Shown one piece after another: positions 27,577 through 37,500 of a DNA stretch of 64,000 nt. The notes under the pieces were generated by a model. The model saw only the letters and a program-made list of their open reading frames with translations, was not told where the DNA came from and did no database searches. A program made the translations under genes and the position numbers. This DNA is from Patescibacteria group bacterium (GTDB lineage: Bacteria; Patescibacteriota; WWE3; UBA101185; 2-01-FULL-41-18): contig JBBTST010000001.1 of the NCBI GenBank assembly GCA_038064575.1, positions 99,650-163,649 on the forward strand, in the 5' to 3' direction. Position 1 is the stretch's first letter. Every line of letters starts with the position of its first letter.

Positions 27577-28653
27577 TCATTTATAAGTTACCCAAGCTTC
27601 ATTTCTGTCAGGTACAACACTAACCCAAATAACACCTCTGTTAAATTCTACCTCCTTCCCATCAAGGTCATAAAATTTGGTGCGTGAGACCCGGTCTTTT
27701 TTTGTCCAAGTCGCTTCCACAACACGACCGTCCAAAAAGACAAAAGCCTTTCCGCTTCCAATATTTGCATAGAGCAGGTGGTTTTTTTGATCGTTAACTG
27801 GCGTTTCCTTTGCAAATTGCACTATAACATTCTTTGCACCAAGTTGCACATCATTTTCTAAATCTTTATGGGTTACCCCACCAGTTGACTTTAAATATGC
27901 ATTCTTTATAGGATCATAGTCAAAATGAGAATCATAATCACCTGAAGTCCAAAAAATTATGTCAACTACCGATGCCTTTGATCTTAACTCATAGCTTTTT
28001 TTGTTATCATCTTTAAATTTCCATTTTTCAAACGAAGATACGCCCTCCCAACCTAACTTATCTCCATGCTCTCTTGCAACCCTTGCAGATACATATTCAT
28101 TATTAGGAGCTTCCCTTTGTAAATCCCTGTATCCGTATAGACCCCCCCTAAACAGGCTCCTTATAGGAATCTGATCAATTAAATCTATAGCGCTGGCTTC
28201 CAAAACCGGGGATTGAGACCACCCGTCATGCATAACCATAGCGTCTCCAAGCTCATAAATCCAGTTCAAAAAGTATCCTCTTATACTTCTGACGGGCCCT
28301 ATTTTTTCCGGGTCGTTTGCTAGGAATACGCTCATAAACCTTGTTATACCTCCCTCAGCTACTATTTCATAAATCATATCCGCCTGGGAAATGTTTGAAG
28401 GTGGTCTTGCATCAGCATTATTCCCAATCATTACAACAAGCGGTCGCCTCTTCAAAAGTCTTTCTTCAGCAGATTTTGGGTATAGGACTCCATTTAAAGG
28501 ATTTTCAATCAAATTCTCTTCCTTCTTTAGCTTACTAACAACTTTATCAAGAGGTGATTTAAAAGCTTGTCTTTTTTGTAAGGTGTAATAATAGAGGGAA
28601 GAAAGACCCACAACAAAAAGGAATAAAACAATAATCAAAATGTTTTTAAGCAT
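27577..28653 (-). CDS. membrane-anchored DUF3048-like (YerB-like) protein
   Basis: N-terminal TM helix; NNADARPPSNISQADMIYEIVAEGGITRF resembles the DUF3048 N-terminal signature. The identification is from memory only. Confidence 0.35.
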   Translation of the reverse strand: MLKNILIIVLFLFVVGLSSLYYYTLQKRQAFKSPLDKVVSKLKKEENLIENPLNGVLYPKSAEERLLKRRPLVVMIGNNADARPPSNISQADMIYEIVAEGGITRFMSVFLANDPEKIGPVRSIRGYFLNWIYELGDAMVMHDGWSQSPVLEASAIDLIDQIPIRSLFRGGLYGYRDLQREAPNNEYVSARVAREHGDKLGWEGVSSFEKWKFKDDNKKSYELRSKASVVDIIFWTSGDYDSHFDYDPIKNAYLKSTGGVTHKDLENDVQLGAKNVIVQFAKETPVNDQKNHLLYANIGSGKAFVFLDGRVVEATWTKKDRVSRTKFYDLDGKEVEFNRGVIWVSVVPDRNEAWVTYK

Positions 28654-28723
28654 AGTTTAAACACCTATCTATTGAACACATTTATTATACTAATAATTAA
28701 CACAGCTTTCTATATTAAAAAAA

Positions 28724-29038
28724 GTGTGCTATCTTTACGCCATGAAAAATAGGGAGAATGGTAAGCTAAGACGTCAGGTGGAAATATTAAAAGCCCAATT
28801 AAATTCAAAAGCAGACACTATCAAACAACAAACAATTGAAAAAGCATCGCAGCCTGATTTAAGAACTGCCGTTAAGATTCTCAAAAAAGGGGAGGACAAT
28901 AATAAATCTTATGCATTAAATATTAATGAGATTAAAAAAGACCTATTGAAAACTCTTTTCTTTTTAATAGCTTCCGTCCTTATGATCTCAACCTTGGCAG
29001 TTAGTCAAAATAAGTGGATAACTTTAATAAAATTCTAA
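28724..29038 (+). CDS. hypothetical small tail-anchored membrane protein
   Basis: Coiled-coil N-terminus and a C-terminal TM helix (LFFLIASVLMISTLAV). Confidence 0.3.
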   Translation: MCYLYAMKNRENGKLRRQVEILKAQLNSKADTIKQQTIEKASQPDLRTAVKILKKGEDNNKSYALNINEIKKDLLKTLFFLIASVLMISTLAVSQNKWITLIKF

Positions 29039-29042
29039 CACC

Positions 29043-29996
29043 TCAAACTGAAGGGACAGCACAATTACAGGCATCAATTGCAAGAAAAACCGCCCCCATG
29101 GCAGGTTCACTGGTAGGGTAAATTATCTTTGCTTGAACAAAATTTTGTCTAACAAACATCTCAAAATCAATTCGCATTGGACCGGTAGGATTTTTAAATC
29201 CCCCCCCTACACAAACTAAATCAAATGAGTCATCTATCATTCCAAGCTTTTTAATAGCAGTAGATATCATTAATATAGCTTCAGAAGCTGCCTCTTTTAA
29301 AATTCTGATTGCTTCTTTGTCATTTTCTTTTGCGGCCTTTTCACAGATCATTGCAAGACTTGCTATTTCCCTTTTCCCAAAAGTTCTCTCATGGACTTTC
29401 AAAATCACGTCTCTCATATTCATAACCCCAAAACTTTCATATACATACTGCTCAAGCAAGCTTTTTTCTATCCTGCCATCATAACTTTTAGCCGCAGAAT
29501 GCAATACCTGAGATCCCACAAAATAGCTACCACCTTCATCAGTTAAAATGTGCCCCAAGCCTCCAACAAAAACGCTTTGGCCTTGTTTGTTTTTGCCATA
29601 GCAGTTAGAACCGGTGCCTGCAACAATAACTACTCCAAATGGCTCATAAGTACCCCTCCTTAAGGCACACACTGCATCATTTAATAAAAGGGGGTTAGCA
29701 TCAAGTTTTACGCTTTTAAGTTCCTTTACACAGGAGGCCAACAATTCAAAATCATGCGGATTATCAAGACCGGCAATCCCAAAACAGGACTTTTCTATCC
29801 CAATTTTTCCAGTCTCCAAGGAAGCATCTTTAAGTGCTAGGGAAATGCCCTCTTCTAAAGTCTCATACAACAGCTCTTTTGTTATTGATCTTATGTAAGT
29901 GGAGCCGACTCTGCTGACACCAAGTATATTTGCATTCTTATCAGCAAGAATTACTTGGGTTTTTGTACCTCCGCCGTCTACACCTAAAAAATACAT
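29043..29996 (-). CDS. BadF/BadG/BcrA/BcrD-type ATPase (N-acetylglucosamine-kinase-like)
   Basis: N-terminal FLGVDGGGTKT phosphate-1 motif of the ASKHA sugar-kinase family. Confidence 0.65.
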   Translation of the reverse strand: MYFLGVDGGGTKTQVILADKNANILGVSRVGSTYIRSITKELLYETLEEGISLALKDASLETGKIGIEKSCFGIAGLDNPHDFELLASCVKELKSVKLDANPLLLNDAVCALRRGTYEPFGVVIVAGTGSNCYGKNKQGQSVFVGGLGHILTDEGGSYFVGSQVLHSAAKSYDGRIEKSLLEQYVYESFGVMNMRDVILKVHERTFGKREIASLAMICEKAAKENDKEAIRILKEAASEAILMISTAIKKLGMIDDSFDLVCVGGGFKNPTGPMRIDFEMFVRQNFVQAKIIYPTSEPAMGAVFLAIDACNCAVPSV

Positions 29997-30029
29997 ACAC
30001 CAAAATTATGGACCCCAAGAACTGTAAAC

Positions 30030-31567
30030 TCAAGAACGGAGTCTAAATTGTAGAGCCTCAGCAACAGAATTTGCTTCAACTTTTCTTGCCCCTTCCAAAT
30101 CCGCAATGGTTCTGGCAACACGTGAGATTCGGCTGTATGTTCTTAAGGAAAATTTCAAGCTGTCAAATGATTTTTGGAGCAAGGCGGAAGCTTCTTGCTC
30201 AAAGTCGAATAAACTGGAAATATATTTAAAGGACACCTGAGCATTACTGAAAATCAAACTTTCTCCCTTATCTAAAAGATTTTTATTTAGCTTTTGGTAT
30301 CTTAGCTTCTGAATAGTTCTTGCATTAATAACTTTATTTCTTACTTCATGAGAAGTTTCACTTTTAGGATCTGGACAGTTATTAAAGCTGGAAGCAACCT
30401 CAGTAATAAGATCAATTCTATCAACAATAGGGCCGCTTAGTTTCCTTTTATATCTGAGTATTTCATAGGCTGAACAAATACATTTCTGATGCTTATTACC
30501 CAAATATCCGCATGGGCAGGGATTAGTCCCGGCAATTAAGATGAAATTACAGGGGAACACTCTTCTATCCTTGATTCTTGAAACTGACAATATTTTCTCC
30601 TCTAAGGGCTGTCTTAAACTCTCAATGTGAGTTCTTGGAAGTTCGCAAAACTCATCTATAAACAAAACACCGTTATGAGCAAGTGTTAATTCTCCCGGAA
30701 TTGGAAGTGATCCGCCTCCAAGTAATGAGGACAGGGAAATATTGCTTGTAACCTCCCTAAAAGGTCTTTTGCACCAGTCAATTCTTCCATCCTCCCACAA
30801 GCGGAGTAAATTTTAGCTGATTCCAAAAATTCATAGTGAGAAAGTGGTGGGAGTATGGAAACCATCGATTTGGAAAGTAGCGTTTTACCACTTCCCGGCG
30901 AACCAACTAACAGTAAATTGTGTCCTCCCGCAGCAGCAATCTGCAAAGCTCTCTTTGCTTTACTATTGCCCTGAATATCCTCAAACAGTATCTCAAAGTT
31001 ATTCTCCAAAGAAGTTTTTTGTGGTGCCGTCTTTACAATTGAGCTTACCAAAATCCCTTTTAAAAACTTTACAGCTTCCAGCAACGTTTCCGCTCCAAAA
31101 ACAGGCATCTTGGAAAAAGCTGCCTCCTCTATATTTTGACTTGGTATCAATAGGCACTTGCAAGAAGTGTTATTTACAGAAAGGCTTATGGGCAGCACCC
31201 CTTTAACAGCTTTTAGCTCACCATTTAATGTGAGCTCACCAATAATTAGCAGTTTTGTTAAATCCACTTTTGGAATTACCTGTTTTGATGCTACTAATAC
31301 TCCTAAGCAAATTGCAAGATCAAAAAAAGACCCCCGCTTGTGAAGCTCAGCCGGGAATAAGTTCACTGTAATTCTTCTCAGAGGAAAATCAAAGCCACAT
31401 GATTTTATACTGGCTCTTACTCTTTCTTTTGCTTCATCAACACTTTTATCTGCAAGTCCAATAATATTAAAATATGGAAGACCGTATGATTCAATTTTTA
31501 CTTCAACTCCCACACAAGTTGAAGTTAACCCCTGTAAAAAGGCGCTGTTAAGTCTAACATAGGACAT
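30030..31567 (-). pseudogene. comM: Mg-chelatase-like AAA+ protein ComM/YifB, interrupted by a +1 frameshift
   Basis: The N-terminal Lon-like domain and Walker A (LLLVGSPGSGKT) are in one frame (to ~30790). RPFR...GGGSLPIPGELTLAHNGVLFIDEF continues in the +1 frame; the frames switch near an A4 run around 30775-30785. Confidence 0.65.
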
Positions 31568-31632
31568 TACAACATATATTATAACATAAATTGGGCTAAA
31601 ATAGTTTTTAAATTTGATGGTAAAATACCTTG

Positions 31633-31960
31633 GCAGGATGTCCAAGCGATTACTCTTGTTTTCAGGAGGGGAAAGTCCAGACTGCATAGAGCAAGGGATT
31701 GGGGCGCAAGCTCCAACTGGCAACAGCTGGTGTTTGAGGCCTGAAAAGGCCTTGAAACAGATGACCAATCAACGCCATCTGAGATCCACAGAGACGATCT
31801 TTCCCTAAAGGCGTTAAAACCTATGGGAGAAGTATGAAACGCATGGAAATCCCACCCGCAGCAATCCACGACAGTGCCGTTTTAAGCTGGCTCGGCAAGG
31901 CACAAAGCTGGAGCATCAGACAGATACCGCATAAACAGAATCTGGCTTATGGCATCCTGC
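31633..31960 (+). ncRNA. rnpB: RNase P RNA (bacterial type, compact)
   Basis: CR-I GGAGGGGAAAGTCCAGACTGCATAGAGCAAGGG; CR-V ACAGAATCTGGCTTAT, whose P4 strand is complementary to the CR-I CCAGA (compensatory changes); TGCAACAG CR-III-like element. P1 helix: 5' GCAGGATG with 3' CATCCTGC. Confidence 0.75.
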
Positions 31961-31979
31961 ATTAAAGTTAGAAATGAAA

Positions 31980-32972
31980 TTATTCAAGACCCGTATCATC
32001 AACTTCAATGGAAATAATGCTATGTGTAATAACAATCAGAATTAAGATTGTGGGAACTGCAATCAGAGCCCCAATTATCCCAAAAAGCTGACCTCCAATT
32101 AGAAGAGCCATCATGGTTACAAGTGGATTAAATCCAATAACTTTTTGCATAATACGCGGAACCAGTATGGTATTTTCAAGCTGTTGAATCCCTACAAATA
32201 GCGCAACCACCATAGTTCCAGTCAATGGGTCTATTGAAAACCCCACTACCCCTGCTACTATTGTTGCAATTATAGGACCAAGAACAGGAACAACCTCTAA
32301 CAGCCCTGATATGATTGCAAGGGGAACAGCATACGGAATTTTTAGAAAAACTAACCCAACATAAGCAGCCAAACCAACTGCAACCATCAAAAATAGCTGT
32401 CCTTTTATCCACCTACTTAAATTAACCTCTATTTCATGCCAGGATTCATCTAACCTACTCTTATGTTTTTCCCCAAAAAGCTCTATGAAGCGCTTCTTAA
32501 CATTGGGTAGATCTATTGAAAGATAAAGGGTAAAAATAAAAAGTGTGACAGTTGTAATTGCATTTGAAAAAAAGTTTACCGTAAAACTTACTACACCCCC
32601 CTGAGAAAAAGTTAATTTAGAAAGCTCCGTGCTTAAAGACCTGCGCAATTCTTCATTTGGCACAACAGATTCCACAAGATAAGGAAGATTCATAAGCAGC
32701 TTTCTTGTTTGAGAAATTATGTCAGGAAGCGCAATTGTGGTAAAACCCCCAAGAGCTAGCATGGCTCCTCCAAACACAAGAATAACAGCAACCCACCTGG
32801 GAATCTTTCTTTTTACCAGTGAACTTATTGTGGATTCTACAGATAGAGCCAAAATTAAGGCTATCACAAGCTGAAACACAACATCCCTTATTTGGTATAA
32901 AAGAAGTGAAGCCACCACAAACAGGAAAGTGATAAAAATTGTTTTTATTGAGATTACAATGTTTTTATCCAT
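31980..32972 (-). CDS. AI-2E family (UPF0118/PerM-like) transporter
   Basis: 330 aa with ~8 TM helices and a family-typical glycine-rich C-terminal half. Confidence 0.65.
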   Translation of the reverse strand: MDKNIVISIKTIFITFLFVVASLLLYQIRDVVFQLVIALILALSVESTISSLVKRKIPRWVAVILVFGGAMLALGGFTTIALPDIISQTRKLLMNLPYLVESVVPNEELRRSLSTELSKLTFSQGGVVSFTVNFFSNAITTVTLFIFTLYLSIDLPNVKKRFIELFGEKHKSRLDESWHEIEVNLSRWIKGQLFLMVAVGLAAYVGLVFLKIPYAVPLAIISGLLEVVPVLGPIIATIVAGVVGFSIDPLTGTMVVALFVGIQQLENTILVPRIMQKVIGFNPLVTMMALLIGGQLFGIIGALIAVPTILILIVITHSIISIEVDDTGLE

Positions 32973-33906
32973 CTAGGTAAGATTGTACTAGTGTTGAAAT
33001 CTTATTGTCAAAGCCATTCTCACTAATATCAAGCCAATTGATACCTTTCATTTTTCCAAAATAGGTTTGCTGCCTCCTAATATAAGCATGCAAATCAAAT
33101 TTTGCTCTTTCTACAGCATGCTTTTTAGATAATTCCCCTTTAACAAAACTTATGGCACTTTTATAAATAAGCCCTCTTACTGGGAGAGACTGACCAAAAC
33201 CTAGCTGCTCTAACATTGTGACTTCTTCCATCAATGAAGTATCAAAGATGGAATCCACCCAAGCATCCGCTCTTTGATAAAGCAGCGCTCTATGACCTGT
33301 TAATCCCAATAACAATGGGTCTTGGGCAATCAAATAAGTTAAAAGGCTGAATTGCTCCCTTACTTCCTTTGGACTTGTATTTCTACCAATGGAAATCTCA
33401 ATAGCTCTGATTAACCTAACTTTATTTTTTGAGTCTATTGAACCTGCCCTTATTGGATCTATTTCTTTAAGCTTTGCATTAAGTTCTTCACGGTTTTGCT
33501 TTTCCAAATCCAATCTTAACTTAGTGTTTTTTTCAACGCCTGAAAGCCTCACATTTCCAAGTAGGCAGTCAAAGTAAAACCCTGTACCTCCAACAAAAAA
33601 GACTGGCTTGTTGAATTTAACTAAATTCAAAGAAGAGACATATTTAAGAAAGTCAAAAGAGGAAAAAGTTGTATCAGGAGTGATAATGTCAAAACCATAA
33701 ATTTTTAAGTTGTTTACTTTCCACCAACCATTTCCCTTCTGAATTCTCACATTATTGTCCCTTATTTTTCCCGTACCCACATCCATGTGTTTATACACCT
33801 GTCTTGAATCAACTGAAACAATAAGCCCCTCAAACTCTTTGCAAAGTCTCAGAGCTAGGGAAGTTTTCCCGGTTCCTGTTGGTCCCAGGAGAAGGATGGC
33901 TTTCAT
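32965..33906 (-). CDS. miaA: tRNA dimethylallyltransferase
   Basis: P-loop ILLLGPTGTGKTSLAL at the N-terminus and MiaA-typical length. Confidence 0.85.
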   Translation of the reverse strand: MKAILLLGPTGTGKTSLALRLCKEFEGLIVSVDSRQVYKHMDVGTGKIRDNNVRIQKGNGWWKVNNLKIYGFDIITPDTTFSSFDFLKYVSSLNLVKFNKPVFFVGGTGFYFDCLLGNVRLSGVEKNTKLRLDLEKQNREELNAKLKEIDPIRAGSIDSKNKVRLIRAIEISIGRNTSPKEVREQFSLLTYLIAQDPLLLGLTGHRALLYQRADAWVDSIFDTSLMEEVTMLEQLGFGQSLPVRGLIYKSAISFVKGELSKKHAVERAKFDLHAYIRRQQTYFGKMKGINWLDISENGFDNKISTLVQSYLDG

Positions 33907-35121
33907 CTAACTTTTAACCTTAACTTTTTTTGAGTTTTCAACAATTTTAGTCAAAAGTGCATGTCTTCTTTTCTTTTCCGTTAAGGAAACATCATCTTTA
34001 AAAAACTTTTCTGCTGGAGTTCCCTTTCTTGGAGAGTAGATAGATATATAAGTCACACTAAAATTAACCTCCTCACACAACCTTATTGTTTCTAAAAAGT
34101 ATTCTTCAGTCTCTCCCGGAAATCCTACAATTAGGTCCGTACCTATTTCAATTTCAGGAACTGCCTCTCTTATGTTCCCAACAAGGTTTTTAAACTCTTC
34201 TACCGTATGTCTTCTATTCATTTTCTTTAGTATTTCATTGCTCCCAGATTGCACGGCCATATGTAAATACCTTGAAATTTTTGGAAGTTTAAGAGTTTCT
34301 ATTAAATCGATTGTGAAATCAAAAGGGTTAGATGAAATGAAACTAATCTTTTTAACAGCTTCCAAAGCATGTATTTTCCTTAATAAAGATGCAAAAGGCA
34401 ATTTGAAGTGGCTTCTTGTTCTGATTGCAAATTTTGTTTGGGTTGGCAGACCCCAGGAGTTTACATTTTGACCGCAAAGGGTGATTTCTTCAAAACCTGC
34501 TTTGATTAAATGTTCTACCTCCGTCATTATTTCATCTTGTGATCTTGACACCTCCCTACCTCTTGCATAAGGCACTACACAAAATGTACAAAAATTATCA
34601 CAACCAACTGAAATGTTAACAAAAGCGTGCTTCTTGTTGGGTAAGGCAAACTCTCCGGGCGCAAAAGTTTCTCCTCTTTTGGCTTGCAGATTGGAAAAAT
34701 TCAAAGCTTTATCAGCCCAATCATCAATAAGCTCTAATTCAGTGAGCAACATGGGAAGTTCTTTTATTTGAGAAGGATTTATATACTTATCCACCCAAGG
34801 AGTTCTGTTTTTTAGCTCACTTAAAGCATACCTTTGACGTTCCCCCGTAACGGAACCAACCATACATCCAGCCATTAGTATTTTGAGGTTTGGGTTATTC
34901 TTTTTATAGTCTTTGACTTTCTTCCCAAGCCCATACACTTTGTCTTCAGATTTTTGTCTGACAGAACAGGTGTTAACAATCCAAAGATCTGCTTCAGCTT
35001 CTTTTTTTGTTTCGTAAAAATCAAAGGCTTCCAGAATTCCAGCCATTGCCTCGCTATCCGCAGTGTTTGCCTGGCATCCAAAAGTTGTGATGTGATACTT
35101 TTTAGGTTCCAATGAAGGCAT
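33907..35121 (-). CDS. miaB: radical-SAM methylthiotransferase (MiaB-like)
   Basis: N-terminal MTTase cysteines (TFGCQANTADSE), radical-SAM CDNFCTFC, and a TRAM-like C-terminus; adjacent to miaA. Confidence 0.8.
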   Translation of the reverse strand: MPSLEPKKYHITTFGCQANTADSEAMAGILEAFDFYETKKEAEADLWIVNTCSVRQKSEDKVYGLGKKVKDYKKNNPNLKILMAGCMVGSVTGERQRYALSELKNRTPWVDKYINPSQIKELPMLLTELELIDDWADKALNFSNLQAKRGETFAPGEFALPNKKHAFVNISVGCDNFCTFCVVPYARGREVSRSQDEIMTEVEHLIKAGFEEITLCGQNVNSWGLPTQTKFAIRTRSHFKLPFASLLRKIHALEAVKKISFISSNPFDFTIDLIETLKLPKISRYLHMAVQSGSNEILKKMNRRHTVEEFKNLVGNIREAVPEIEIGTDLIVGFPGETEEYFLETIRLCEEVNFSVTYISIYSPRKGTPAEKFFKDDVSLTEKKRRHALLTKIVENSKKVKVKS

Positions 35122-35240
35122 AATGGGCGAATTATAACAAAAAAAAACCCTTTCGGAGATCTAAATCACCAAACCAAAAACCTCTGACAGCCGTCCCTAA
35201 AACTGTTGCAAATGATAAATAAAGCCTGGAGAATCAAAAA

Positions 35241-35735
35241 GTGAACAAAGCTACTGCTATAAAGCTAGTCTTATATCAAATTCTATTTATTCCAACAATC
35301 TTTATCTCTTTTATGAGAAAATCTTACTTTTTAACCCACTTTGAAAATCTTGATACCAAGAATTTAAATGTTCTAATAATATCTTTTTATCTTCTTTCAA
35401 TATTCTATTTATATATGGCGGTCAAAACCGCCGTTTCAACCACACCAAGATATTTGCTTATGAAGTTTCTCCTACCCCTCCTGATAGTTCTTTCAATAAC
35501 ACCGCCCTTATTTAGCATAGACTTTGCCTCTTATCTGATTTCTGCAAAAAACATGGTACTTTACGGTCCCCAATCCTTTTTTCAACCGCTCAATTATCAA
35601 GATAGTAATCCTTGGGTTAATAAAATCACTGCTTGGTGGGTAGCTTTCCCACCAGCTTATGGCCCGCTTTTTGTAATACTAATGAGCCCACTCACGATCA
35701 TATCAGATAATATGTTAGTTTCTCTTTTTTTATAA
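35241..35735 (+). CDS. polytopic membrane protein, N-terminal part of a GT-C-like/DUF2029-like glycosyltransferase
   Basis: Multi-TM; in the same frame as the next ORF, separated only by a single TAA at 35733-35735. Confidence 0.35.
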   Translation: MNKATAIKLVLYQILFIPTIFISFMRKSYFLTHFENLDTKNLNVLIISFYLLSIFYLYMAVKTAVSTTPRYLLMKFLLPLLIVLSITPPLFSIDFASYLISAKNMVLYGPQSFFQPLNYQDSNPWVNKITAWWVAFPPAYGPLFVILMSPLTIISDNMLVSLFL

Positions 35736-35753
35736 AAGTTTTTCACATTATTA

Positions 35754-36488
35754 GTGTTTATTTTTTGTGTTATTTTATTTGGAAAAATTTTAGATTCTCT
35801 TGGGAGACAGAGGCTCTTTTTCTTGTTTGCATTTAATCCAACTGTTTTGATCCACCTTGTTCTTGAAGCCCACAATGAAGTTATAATTTTATTCCTACTA
35901 CTTGGATCTGTTTACATGCTTCTCAGAAGAAGATCTTTGATTGGGGGTCTTCTTACAATATCTATGATTTTAATAAAATATTATCCAATAATAATTCTCC
36001 CCATTTTCATTCTAAAAAGAAAGAAACAAGGAAATAAGTTACTGTGGACCAAGCAATTCTTTCTCTCCTCGCTCCTAATCACATTGTTGATTATATTTTC
36101 CTTTTTTGTGATTAAACACCCCAATTTAAAACCTTTCCTTGATCAAAACTTAAATCTCAGAAGGGACATAGGTTGTTTTCACAGATGCTCTCCAATAGTA
36201 TCTCTTACTAGATATGTCTTTGCAGAAAATGAAGGTCTTGTTAGGACTACTGTTTTTGTAGCTTTTTATCTACTGCTTATTTATTATTTATTGATTAAGA
36301 ACTTTATGCTGTTGGAATTTTTGTTTTTCGCCCTCTCTGCTACATTTTTTATTTTTATTTCATGGCTTACCCCCTGGTATCTTGTTCTACCAATATCTAT
36401 TGGGGTACTTTTATCAAACAGGAGAAGTTATTTATTTTTGGTGATTGTGCTTACTTTTTACTCATTGTTTCATTACTTTGGGTATTAG
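35754..36488 (+). CDS. polytopic membrane protein, C-terminal part of a GT-C-like glycosyltransferase
   Basis: Multi-TM; begins at GTG 18 nt after the in-frame TAA. Confidence 0.35.
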   Translation: MFIFCVILFGKILDSLGRQRLFFLFAFNPTVLIHLVLEAHNEVIILFLLLGSVYMLLRRRSLIGGLLTISMILIKYYPIIILPIFILKRKKQGNKLLWTKQFFLSSLLITLLIIFSFFVIKHPNLKPFLDQNLNLRRDIGCFHRCSPIVSLTRYVFAENEGLVRTTVFVAFYLLLIYYLLIKNFMLLEFLFFALSATFFIFISWLTPWYLVLPISIGVLLSNRRSYLFLVIVLTFYSLFHYFGY

Positions 36489-36534
36489 AGCTACACTCAA
36501 AGACAATAATCTGTTATTTTGTAAAGTACAAAGT

Positions 36535-37098
36535 ATGAATCTTGCAAGTGTCAGAAATTACCAAGAGCTAAAATCTGTCTTAAAGGAGGGTATCAAAGGC
36601 CCGGATCCCTGCTACTGGGTTTTTAATCAGATAGGTCATGAAAAATGGGAAAATCTCACTGTTGTAGCCCCTGGAGTCCATGGCACCGAATTTAACAAAA
36701 CTTTTGGCCATTATCATCCTCTTGCGGTAAATGAAACCTACCGACTTGTTTCAGGCAGAGGTCTTTTACTCCTACAAAAGAAAATTGAAAACAATGAGAA
36801 AGTTATTGAAAATGAGATTTCCGAATTTCTTGTTATCAAAGCAGAAGAAGGGGATGAAATTGTAATAACCCCTGAATACGGTCACTCCTGGATTAACCTT
36901 GGGACAACGCCACTATTGTCCCTTGATAACTGGAAAAGCGGCCACTCTTTGTGGGATTATCAAATTATCCAAAAAATGGGGGGACTTGCGTATTATGTTC
37001 TAAAAGATGGAACAGCTTATAAACTTGAAAAAAATCCAAAGTACTTTTCTCCTCCTAGTCCTATTTTCTTAACATCCAAAGAATTAATGGCAAAATAA
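36535..37098 (+). CDS. cupin-type glucose-6-phosphate isomerase (archaeal cPGI-like)
   Basis: TFGHYHP and EYGHSWIN metal-binding motifs, as in Pyrococcus/Thermococcus cupin PGI. The start is taken at MNLASVRNYQ. Confidence 0.6.
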   Translation: MNLASVRNYQELKSVLKEGIKGPDPCYWVFNQIGHEKWENLTVVAPGVHGTEFNKTFGHYHPLAVNETYRLVSGRGLLLLQKKIENNEKVIENEISEFLVIKAEEGDEIVITPEYGHSWINLGTTPLLSLDNWKSGHSLWDYQIIQKMGGLAYYVLKDGTAYKLEKNPKYFSPPSPIFLTSKELMAK

Positions 37099-37140
37099 GC
37101 CGTTTTCTACAACTTGTCTTCGTTTTATTTTTTTAAGATA

Positions 37141-37177
37141 CAAAAACCCGCCTTTTACAGCGGGTTTCTGTTTTTTT
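37141..37177. terminator. bidirectional Rho-independent terminator between cPGI (+) and hup (-)
   Basis: AAACCCGC-CTTTTACA-GCGGGTTT hairpin flanked by an A-run on one side and a T7 run on the other. Confidence 0.6.
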
Positions 37178-37191
37178 AACCAATACAAGAA

Positions 37192-37476
37192 TTACTTTAC
37201 AGCATCCTTGAGACCTTTTCCGGCCTTGAAAGCGGGTGTCTTGGTTGCTGGAATGTGAAGAGGTGCGCCGGTTTGGGGATTTCTACCCATTCTTGCTTCT
37301 CTATGGCGAACTTCAAAAGTTCCGAATCCAGTCCAAGTAACCTTTTCGCCTTTTGAAAGGCTCTTTGATACAACATCAACAAGGGCGTCAAGCGCTCTTT
37401 GTGAATCGGCTTTGGTCATACTTGTTTTATCAGCCACAGCCGTAATCAAATCTGACTTTGTCATGATAGTATTCAC
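37192..37476 (-). CDS. hup: DNA-binding protein HU
   Basis: [11 protein letters not shown]...[21 protein letters not shown] signature. Confidence 0.85.
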   Translation of the reverse strand: MNTIMTKSDLITAVADKTSMTKADSQRALDALVDVVSKSLSKGEKVTWTGFGTFEVRHREARMGRNPQTGAPLHIPATKTPAFKAGKGLKDAVK

Positions 37477-37500
37477 CCCCTTTCAAAACCTGGCGGTAAA

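Noticed and set aside
30686-31768. Long N-terminal extensions of ORFs in the table (comM to 31768; atpB to 51049; M20 peptidase to 15607; cPGI from 36445)
   Set aside because: Homology-consistent starts (MSYVRLNSAF; MHISLAPEVLF; MLDNNYLK; MNLASVRNYQ) lie further inside. The extensions overlap neighbouring genes or rnpB and are ORF-caller artefacts.
31579-31869. ORFs 31579..31869(-) and 31614..31808(+)
   Set aside because: Both lie entirely inside the RNase P RNA gene; they are spurious translations of a structured RNA.
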